Source: Octopus vulgaris
Taxonomy: Eukaryota
DNA length: 64,000 nt
Reading direction: 5' to 3'
NCBI GenBank assembly: GCA_951406725.2
Contig: OX597818.1
Span: 95,480,001 to 95,544,000 of the forward strand
Shown: positions 53,343 through 64,000 of the stretch, in pieces
How the letters are laid out: every line of letters begins with the position of its first letter
How positions within the stretch are numbered: the stretch's first letter is position 1
Program-made: the position numbers and the translations under genes
The notes under the pieces: generated by a model
Databases searched by the model: none
Seen by the model: only the letters and a program-made list of their open reading frames with translations
What the model was told of the DNA's origin: nothing

Positions 53343-54849
53343 GACCCAGGACTTATTCTGTGCAAGCCTAGTACTTATTCTATCGGTCACTTTTGCCAAA
53401 CTGCCAAGTTATGGGGATGTAAACACACCAGCATCAGTTGTCAAGTGATGTTGGGGGGACAAACACAGATACAGAAACACATACACACATATATATACAT
53501 ATATACAACAGGCTTCTTTCAGTTTCCGTCTACCAAATCCACTCATAAGGTTTGGTCAACCTGAGGCTATAGTAGAAGACACTTACCCAAGGTTCCACGC
53601 AGTGGGACTGAACCCAGAACCATGTGGTTGGTAAGCAAGCTACTTACCACACACCCACTCCATGTATATATGCATATAGATTAATATGCAGATATATATA
53701 TATATATATATATACATGCATACATTATACATTAAATATATATATACAAGGATGGGTCATTTGGAGTTTTCTTTCCTCAGTCAAGTTCCAGATTATCTTT
53801 GCAATTTCAGCTGGTTAATTTCAAGATTGCTCCAATTTGGCCAGCCCCAAGGAAAAACTAAGCTAAGAGCATTAGATTCCTTGGAAGAAAGCAGTGAATG
53901 TATACAAAAACAAGGACAGAAAAAAACGGAGAAGTTTACACACATACATATAACAGGACAAAACAACAGGTATCTTTCGACTAAGAACGAATTAAATTAA
54001 GCTGGCATGAGTGGAAGAAACCCTTAAGTTGTGTCTATTAAACAAACAGCCGTATCTATTTGACCATGTAAAGTGTTTGTCCATTAAAGTGACCATGTAA
54101 AGTGCTTGTACCACCCTTCTCACACGTTGTGTAAGAAGAGTGGTACAAATGAAACAACTTTACAATGGTACTTCCTTTTGTGGGTGTTAAGCCCTGGCAT
54201 ACAGGATGCAGTCCTTAAACCACTGGACAACAAACCCTCATTGTAATAGGAGGGTGTGGCATTGAAGATTTTGTAACTGGATACCTGTCATGCTTACAAA
54301 ATTAAATGACTATGATATTTTCCTCCCTCCAATTGTAGAGAGGTTATGTGCCTCCAGCCATTTGAGTCTGATGAGTCATACAGCTAAGTGCTTTATTTAA
54401 CCAATGGTCACTCTCTGACCAACCATAACAATACATCATATATATATATCCATACATATGTATGTGCAAGTAAGCAAATAAATGCAAGACAAGGTGAATA
54501 AAATAGCACTTGAATACCATGCAGTGGTACTGAACCTGAAATCATGTAGTTAAGAAGTGAATTTCTTAACTACACAGCCATTTCTGCACCTAAAGCACAC
54601 ACACACACATACACATGTTTAATATTTATTCAAGTACAATACACTCTTAAGTATAAGGGGCACTTATAACTATGAGCAAAGAAATCCTTGAAAAAATATC
54701 TTTCATTCATGTGTAATATGTACTGACTTTTCTTCAGTGTCATTTCAGGATGCTAGACATGGAGATCACAGTGGCAGTCAATATCACAATAAATGACTGT
54801 GAGGACAATACAAACTATGTACAGAGAACGAGTACAGAAGTGAACGAGT

Positions 54850-55370
54850 ACAGAAACATATTTAATGAGCAGGTATGGGTCTGTCAGGGCTCACTTCTCA
54901 ATTCACTTCTATTTATCACAGTTCTCCAGGCTATAAAAGAGGAGTTTAATCCTTTAGCACTTAAACCTGCCAAATCTGGCCCAAATATTCTACCTATTTT
55001 ATATTCAAACTGGTCACATCCAGCCTCTGGCACCTAGCCTACAAAGTAATTCTAAAAATGGACAGGCACATTATCAAAATCTCCAAGCTACAATACAATA
55101 TATGATTAATTCAAAACAATGTGAATAATTAAGCATTAGATTTAACAGAATATTCTGAATGCTACGGGGTTATAAGCAGCTGCCCATAACCCTTTAGCAT
55201 TCAGTTATGAGGATTTAGATATCCTCATGATCTATTTCGCATAACTAAATCTGTAACAGAATTAAAGAAGAAATCCCAGACATGCTAGCAAAACACTAGA
55301 ACTGAGAAACCCTGAAGTAAATATATTAAGGACTAAAGTATTATTATATAGGAAAGAAAACATGACCCTG
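54850..55370 (+). mobile_element. RTE RT fragment interrupted by a piggyBac-like MITE
   Basis: QVWVCQGSLLNSLLFITVLQAIKEEF, then a MITE at TTAA (54945). Confidence 0.55.
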
Positions 55371-55784
55371 CATAAAAAGGAGTAAGTAGGAATTCCATAC
55401 AGTGTACCAAGTGTAAACTATGGACACACATGGTATACAGTGGAATCATAGGTAGGTTTATGAAGAAGGCAAGCTAAGCAGTAGATGGATGTGTGTGTGT
55501 GTCTGTATTTATGTAAAGTACAACCTGTGCCAGGTATACAACAGAAGTAATATTCTGCTATGACACAGACTGAATATTTGTTAACAAAAATAATTTGTCG
55601 ATTAATATATAACACAAAGCTAAGATGTACTTTGGAGGAACAAAGCATGTGAAAATATAAAACACCAATGGAAATACAGAGTAGAAAGCAATGTTGCAAT
55701 GCATACAATGTTACAACTGCAGTTTCTCTCAGCTGTCTATTCAGCTATCTAGAAGAAACCAGATGCTGTAATTAGCAACAGATT

Positions 55785-55930
55785 ACTGCTACTGCCACCA
55801 CCACATCCACAACCACCACTACAATCACTGCCCCTACCCCCACTACTATCACCACCACTACTCCCCCACCACCACTGTCAACGTCACTGCTGATGCTCCC
55901 ACCCACCTACACTGCCGCCACCACAATCAT
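55785..55930. repeat. Degenerate (CAC/ACT)n trinucleotide repeat
   Basis: Directly visible. Confidence 0.8.
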
Positions 55931-56739
55931 TAAGGGAAAGAAATGGCAGAGACAGTGCCAAACTAAATGACTAATAGTGTTTTGTTTCATCTGTCTACGT
56001 TGCATCCAACTGCGACCAACTTTGCTATTCGTTGATAAATGTACCAGTCATGCACTGAGGTCAAGTCAGTCAACTCTACTTCGACATCTCAAACAGGTGG
56101 CTTTGTTCCAAGGCTGCAAATCACTACCATCATTACTGTCATTATTTCTGCAGGAGTCTTCTTACACTGCATATCTTGAGTGCAACTTGATTTGTTTTGA
56201 CATAGCCCGTAAATATGTGCATGCTGATTGTTGTGTATCTGTGTGTTTACATTGTAATGATGTTACAACACCTAACTACCACACCTGGTGTGTGTTTGTT
56301 GTGTATATTACGTAAATATGTTACGTAATTCCTGTGGTGCCAGTTACATATTTTTCTCTCTCTCTCTTATCTTTCCTAATGAATCTTTTTATTTTGATAA
56401 TTTCTCCATTTCTCCAAGAATTGCTGGAAATGTTTGGATCTAATTATTACCAAGAAAATACAAAGGCTGTTGCCTAGGGAAATGGTATAGTATCTTATAA
56501 CTGATTTCAAATTTTGGCACAAGGCCAGTAATTTCAAGGGAGGGGGTAAGTCAATTACATTGACACCAGCATTCCACCGGCACTTATTTTATCGACCCCC
56601 ATAGGAATGAAAGGTAAAGTCAACCTCAGTGGAATTTGAACTCAGAATATAAAGACAGACAAAATTCTGCTAAACATTTTGCCTGGCATGCTAACGGTTC
56701 TGCCAGCTTGCCACCCTATAGCACCTTATTATTATTATT

Positions 56740-56919
56740 TACAATATCTACTCATGTATAAATCGCACTATTTTAAACTTGATTTTAACTGAAAAAAAAA
56801 AAAAAAAACTGGAATGTAACTTATACATGCAACAAAGCTAAAATTATGCAAGGAAAAAATTTCAAACCAAGATTAAACACTAAATTAGAGGTATGGCTTA
56901 TACACAAGAAAATACAGTA
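56740..56919. mobile_element. Possible pogo/Tigger-like MITE
   Basis: Imperfect TIR tacaatatctactcatgtataa / ttatacacaagaaaatacagta with TA ends. Confidence 0.4.
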
Positions 56920-59900
56920 CTTTTGAACCTCTATATTCTCAGCTCAAATCCTATAGAAGTTGATTTTATTATTCATTTCTCTGAGTTGTCAATAAAATAA
57001 GTACCAATTCCCCAAATCTTCTTTGGCTTTGTATTGATGTAAGTCTTTATTAAAGGTATTTAACCCTTTAGCATGCATATTAGAATTTTGATATTGATCT
57101 TAGCCTATAAGGCCGAGTCTGTCAAATATAATGCTTTTTCATTTACATTGTTTTGAATTAAAGACATATTATAGCTTTGAGATGTCAATGATGTGATTAT
57201 TTACTTTTACAATGACATTGTAGTGTAGGTGCAAGAGGCCAGATCTGGTTGGTTTGAACATAAAACAGATATTTTGGCTAGTTATGGCTAGTTTAAATGC
57301 TCTGAGTTCAAATCCTGCACGGTCAACTTTGCATTTCATTACTAAGGAGTTGATAAAATAAAGTGCTAGTCAAGTATTGGAGCTGATGGTATCAACTAAA
57401 CCCTTCTGGGCAAAACTGGTGCCCTTGTGCCAAAATAAGAATTATTATTAAAGACATTTAAGTTGATGGAGCGGTGAAAATAGTAAAGTACTAGATTGAA
57501 GGCAAAATAAATATTATAATTTTGTCACTTTTGTTGAAAGTTCAAATCCCGCAATGTTGTCTGTAATCTCTCTGAAGCCTACAAAATACGCACCAATCAT
57601 GTACAAGATGAACAAATTCAGTTGGTTATCATCATCATGTTGAGGCAGATTATCTCCAGCTAGAAGCCCTTCCTGTTGCCAACCTTCACTTGTTTCCAAG
57701 CAAAATAATATTTCCTACAGCCAGACATTTTTCAACAAAAGACTGGAAACAAACAACATGGCTTGTATAACAGTGATACTCATTTACAGCCATCACATAA
57801 TGTTAAGACAACAGTACACACAAATATATGCATATGCACACATATATATAATGGACTTCCTTCAATTTCCGCTTACCAAATCCATTCACAAGGCTTTACT
57901 TGGTCTGGGGCTGTAGTAAAAGACACTTACCCAAGGTGCCATGTAGTGGGACTGGACTTGAGACCATATGGTTGGGAAGCAAGCTTCTCAACTAGAACGA
58001 ACAGAGCAGCAAACAAAATGCTTTGTTATTTTCCTTGATCTTTTTTATGCTAATGTCAAATAGTGAGGTTGACAGGTATGGTTGTGTAGTTAAGAAGTTT
58101 GTTTCCCAACTATGTGGTTTTAGGTTCAGTCTCACTGTGTGACACCTTTGCCAAATGTTTTCTACTACAGCTGCAAGTCAGCCAAAAACCTTGTGAGTGA
58201 ATTTGGTAGATGGAAACTGAAAGAAACCGGCCATATATCTCTCTATCTGATCTGTATCGTTATCATCAACAACAACAACGTTTAACAACCATTTTCCATG
58301 CTGGCATGGGTTAGACAGCTTGACAGGAACTGGTAAAACCAGGAACTACACAAGGCTCCATAGTCTGTTTTGGCATGGTTTCAATGGCTGGATGCCCTTC
58401 CTAATGCCAACCACTTTAGAGAATGTAATGGGTACTTATTACATGGCACCAGCACTCACTCAATGCTTTTTACATAGCACCTTAGTTTTAGGATCTCACA
58501 CACACACACACACACACACAGATGCATATGTATATATATGTATGTGAAAGTGTGTACGTCTGTGTTTCTTTAAATTTGCACTGCATGAAAGGTGCAAGCT
58601 ACAAGTGATGTTGCTAGCATATCTATTAACAAATCATCTGCTCTCTTCATGACTTTGGTGATATGTGAAATAAGGTGCCACTTGCTTAAAAACCAGGTAC
58701 GGGTTGGTGATATGAAGGGTGTCTTGTAAAACAATGTCTAAGTGATATTTTTGTCTAAACCATGTTAGCATAGGAAAAAAAAACAACAAACAAGTAAAGA
58801 TTGACATATACACATTAGTCAAAGATTGGGGTCAATTTAGTCACCCATTCTTTGGCCTACATTCTATAGCTTTATGCTTTAGTCATCATCATCATTATTA
58901 TTATTGTTGTTGGGATAACTAGTTTGTCAATATTTAAGCTTGGTCTATGTGAAAATGTGTCAAGCAGTACAGCTATTAACAAATTCTTAATAGCCACCTC
59001 CCTCCTTCCTTCATCCTGTTGTCAACTAGTCACAGCTGCACCAAAGTTTCTTCTTTGCTAAAAAGAAACACTTCAACTGCAGGGTAGAGTAAACAAAACT
59101 TTGAAATAGTACTAACTCCAACATACACCCATTACTATTGCTAGGGATACTGCTAAGCAAAGGCAGAAAGAGGCAAGCCAAGAACTGAGATAATTGTTAA
59201 AGTAAGAACAATTATTACTCTAATAAATAATCAGTTTGCTACTATATGGTTTTTGAGATAAATTTTGATCAACTACAGGTAGGACCAAATTAGAAAATTT
59301 TTATTTGCTTCAAATATTTGTCTATGAAATGGTGGAATGCATTAGGTATCAGCCTACTGATTTTATATTCAAATCCTTGTAGGTTTATCACATTGTTCTG
59401 GGTCAGGATAACTAACTATACACAACTTCAGTTTACAAAGTTCTTGGAAATATTTGATTGTCAAAGAATCCTATCAGCAATAGACAGGTATTGGTTTTTA
59501 TCAATTCCCTTCCAGTATTAGTCCATAAGAATTTTGTATAGCATTGCAGTGTTTGTCCTTAAGAACTCCAAACAGTATCTGCCCTTATAAACCCAACACA
59601 GCTATAGAGGCATGTTTTACACCAGATCTTTAAATATCTTGTAGAACTAGGTTCCTAACCCTTTCTTTTGTGCTCTCACTGCAACTCAAGAGTGACACTG
59701 TTATAACAGCCAAGTTATAACAGAGAGGTTGGCAGTTCATATTATGTCAAGAGCACTATGTCCACATAGAAGATACAGCAACAAATAAATGCTTAATCTA
59801 TTTATCTGTAAATAGATACTACAAGAAAGGAAACCTACAATTTAAAAACTATAGAAAAGAAAAACAGGAGCATGGTCAAAATCAAAAGTATTTTGATACT

Positions 59901-59929
59901 TTGCAGGACTGAGTTCAACTCCCCAGGAG

Positions 59930-60773
59930 TGTCAAAGAAGCAACTCCAGTATTGAACTAGTTTCCTAACTGCTTGGGATTCAAAGCCTGTTTCTATTTTC
60001 AGGTTGAATACAATAGTTGATGTACAGCAATACTTTTCGTACACAGATACATCTACCACTTCAACCACAAAGAGTAACCATTATAAAACAAGCAGCTGCT
60101 ATCTTCAACAAAATAGGCTGAAACAAAACTAAGTGATATACCTATCTGTGAGCACATCATAATGGTTATACATCAATTGAGTCAGTCCCTGAGCCTCTTG
60201 CCATACAAAAAAAATCACCATGCCTTTTTTGCTGTGAATATGTGAGCGGAATCTTTGGGACTCTGCCTGCCTACAATGGGAAATAAAGGGATAGTATTGC
60301 AAATCTAAACCCTCTAAATCCACGAACTATACATGTGGGGCGAGGAATCCAGAGTTAATTCTCGTCGCCAGAATTTTTACAAAAAGATGATTTATTAATA
60401 CAAAACTCAATATCCACTAAATAATCATACTTTTTCAGATTTTTTCCTGATTACCTCCTTTGTAATCCCTAAAAATATCGTCCATTGGTGCACCTGTTTG
60501 ACCCTAGAAAGGGAACAGACAGACATAATGCCCATTATAGTAGGAAGTTGACTTACTTCTCTTTGCTTCTTTTATTAGTTATCTCTCCCTTAATTTTATT
60601 TACTATTTTAACGCCCATAAACTGAACAATTATACTTTTTCACTATTTTTTTTGCTAAAAACCTTCCTGATTACCTCCTTTATAATCCCGAAAGACATTG
60701 TGACCATTGGTCTAGCCATTTGACTGTGAAGAGGGCAGACAGACAGATGGACACAACGCCCATTATAGTAAGA
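59930..60773 (-). mobile_element. Second Helitron-family copy with two tandem 5' ends
   Basis: Minus-strand TCTTACTATAATGGGCG at 60773 and TCCTACTATAATGGGCA at about 60545. 60220-60390 matches 43840-44007. Left boundary uncertain. Confidence 0.7.
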
Positions 60774-60878
60774 CGTCAAGCAAACAGGAATACAGTTAGA
60801 TTACTCAGGCAAGTGTATGTATGTGTGTGTTTGTAACCAGCATCACCATATATATAATGTTTGTTTTTATGTTAAAAA

Positions 60879-61327
60879 AAAAACAATTTTACATTAAACT
60901 GATGGGTTATTCTATAGTTTTGTAGAGTACAAAACTACAGTCCGATGGCTTAACTTAATGAAACTCAACTTCAAAGTCAATGTCAATAATATTCTTGATC
61001 AAGAATAATACACACATACACACACACACATATATATATAAACATCTGCTTCTTTTTTCCTTCACGTAACAATATAACAATAGACTAAATAATAGGAAAA
61101 CAAGCCTCAAAAACAATTTTACATTAAACTGATGGGTTATTCTATAGTTTTGTAGAGTACAAAACTACAGTCCGATGATGGCTTAACTTAATGAAACTCA
61201 ACTTCAAAGTCACTGTCAATAATATTCTTGATCAAGAATAATACACACATATATATATAAACATCTGCTTCTTTTTTCCTTTACGTAACAATATAACAAT
61301 AGACCAAATAATAGGAAAACAAGCCTC
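60879..61327. repeat. Direct tandem duplication of about 225 bp of otherwise unique sequence
   Basis: 60879-61108 and 61109-61327 are near-identical, differing in CA-run length, a GAT indel and a few substitutions. Confidence 0.95.
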
Positions 61328-64000
61328 GCACATAAGGAAGCTACAATACAAAATGAGTGTTTATAGTTTCCAGTTATTGTTGCAATACAGCAGAGTTTTA
61401 TCTTGTTTTCAATAGAGACAAAGTGTAACTTTTCATAAAATCAGTGACCTAATTATAGAACAGAATCTTAAACTATGTCACTGAGAATATAACATACAAG
61501 AAAAGAGAGCAGTGGGTGGGTTGGTGGGAGTTTCAGATAACATAAGACAGTAATGATGCTGCTGCTGCTGCTGAGCAACACTAACTACCTCAATTAACTA
61601 AACAAGCATAGATCAATGAAATAAACAATAATCAATAATACAATGTGAAGTAACAAGAGAATTGTTTTCATCATTCTAGCATCTCGTCCTTCATCACCTT
61701 AACTTTGTGGATCACTCTGAATCAGGATAGAGTGATACTTTCTAATTATCACCAATTTTCAAATTTGTCTTACTTGCCTAACCTCACCTATTGTCATGAA
61801 TGTTGGGTAATGACTGAAAGAGTATGATTGCCGCAAGGATTCCTGCAAAGGACCTCTGGACTAATGTTACTTGACAGGTGTGTAGGTCAGAAATCAGGGT
61901 GTCTCTCCAGGTCAAACCACTGCTTCTCTGCATTGAGAGGTCACAGCTCCAGATGCTACAGGCATGTGGTTAGAATGTTGTAGGTAAGGATTGCAAGACA
62001 GATTCTTCAAGCTGAGCCAAATGGCAAGAAATCTAGTAGCAGACCAAGAAGGAGATGGTTAGATAATATCTGGTCTCAGTTGGTCATGCTTGTGAATCCA
62101 GCTGGAAAGTGTAAAGATGGTTGCTTTTGATAGGACCCTAGGGAGGTGGTGCCTGAGGACTCTACTGCAAAAACCCTCCCAAGAATAGTGGACAGTAAAG
62201 ATGGATGGATGGATGGATGGATATAGAACTGTCATTTGGCTGAGACAATTGTCAGCTTTCCCTTGCAACATTTTTTTCATATCATCATCATTTTTATATC
62301 CACTTTCCCGTGCTTGCATGGGGCAGAGAGAATTCAGTGAGGTAGACTCTGACAATCATATCATGGAATCTACATTTTCACTGCCACTTACAACAGTGGT
62401 TTATACCACTTGAGATAATTACCTGGAGTTAGTGCAGTGACAGGATACCACGGAGCGCTCAGTGAATAATTCAGTACTCTACCCATTTAGCTATATATGC
62501 AATTATTTATTTACTAAAGGAAAAAAAACTAATAAGTATGGATACATTTGATATACACCTTCCACCCCCTCTACTTGTAATCAGAAAAAATATTTGGCCC
62601 AATGTTAAACAAAAGGACTTTTTTCTCTCCATATATTATCAGCATTTAAATGTATTTTATACATTATTGTCACCAATAACTATTTTAGCTACCAGTACAA
62701 ACTATTATGATTACTAACGACAATTATAGCCACAAATAATGACTACAGCTACAAATAACTACTCCTGCTACTAACAATTACTACAGCCATCAATATTGAC
62801 TATTATAGACATTAGCCAGTGAGGGAACCACTACTGGTTGCATAGCCTGCTAGACATAACAGTCAAATCTTCCCCAAACCACACTGTGCATCTTAATGTT
62901 GTCCTGAATACACAATCATCATCATCATTTAATGTCCATTGTCCATGTTGGCATGGACTGGACGGTTTGAATAGGCTAGCACATTGGAAGACTACACCAG
63001 ACTCCAGTTTGATTTGGCATGGTTTTCTAGGGCTGGATGCCCTTCCTAATGCCAACCACTCCGAGAGTGTAATGGGTGCATTTACGTGCCACCAGCACAG
63101 GTGTCATTTGCGTGACACCAGGGTGTGTTTATGTGCTACCAGCAAGGGTGCCAATTTGTGTGACACCGGTATCTGACATGACTGCAATTTTGCTTTACTT
63201 GATGGGTCTTCTTCTCAAGTACAACATAATGCCAAAGGTCTTGGTCAGAAACAAAGGACAAAATAGCAATGCTGAAATGTCTTTAATCATAGGACTTCTT
63301 CATAAGGGCTGACCAAGTGAAACAACAACAAAATTATAGACATTATTAACTACTACAGTTATCAATACCAACTATTATAGTTACCTAAACTAAATATTAT
63401 TGTACTAAGCATTATATCAATCTATAGCTATTATAACCAATGATAACTACACTAGCCATCATGAGCCAACAAGAAATCCTTATATAGTTGCACAACTACC
63501 TAGAAATAAGAGGTAAATATCCATCAAACCATGCCCTTCCACTTCCAATTATGAAATTACACATTGGATATTTTTATCCAGTTGTACACTATTCCCAAAA
63601 ATAAAATGGAATGGATATACCTCAAATACCTTTGATCTTTGGTATGTACAATCAAGCATGAATTTGGATCATTGTTGTGCCACCAATATTAACTATTGTA
63701 TAGCTACCAATATTAACTATTATTGTCACCAATATCCAAACACAATAGCTTTGTTATGTACCTATAAGAATAAATATATTTCTGCTGTGTTTCCTTTTTT
63801 ATATAGTTTAGGCATAACTTGTGAGCATGACTATGATTTAGTAGCATGTACTTCACTTTTGCTAATTGTTTTAGATACTTATGTAGTTGCAAGTCTTAGA
63901 TACTTATGTAGTAGGTACTTATGTAGTTGCATAGACATCTTTTTGGTTGCTTCACTCCTTGTTCAGCTGAACATCAAGGATGTGAGAGAGAGAGAGAGCT

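Overview
AT-rich, microsatellite-laden eukaryotic DNA. The SINE/LINE repertoire looks like an octopus (coleoid cephalopod) genome; this is inferred from repeat recognition. One host gene is supportable: a minus-strand LRP12/LRP3/LRP10-like receptor. Six phase-compatible GT-AG exons can be stitched from it (signal-peptide end 37811-37858; CUB 26390-26525 + 13484-13683; LDLa 8641-8772, 6436-6591, 596-712), and it continues past the left edge. The rest is intron or upstream sequence filled with mobile elements: CR1-group LINEs, a Penelope-like element with an open RT+GIY-YIG frame, RTE LINEs, an R4/Dong-type fragment, piggyBac, mariner and Helitron derivatives, MITEs and many tRNA-derived SINEs. 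The most notable observations are candidate minimal hammerhead ribozymes tied to Penelope-like repeats, a LINE whose 3' tail is shared with a local SINE family, several long fold-back structures, a Helitron nested in a MITE, an RTE with twin-priming-like geometry, and a run of young elements joined only by (TA)n blocks, which may be an insertion hotspot or an assembly chimera. I found no evidence of a wholly new biological system. Most ORF-track entries are microsatellite or chance ORFs.
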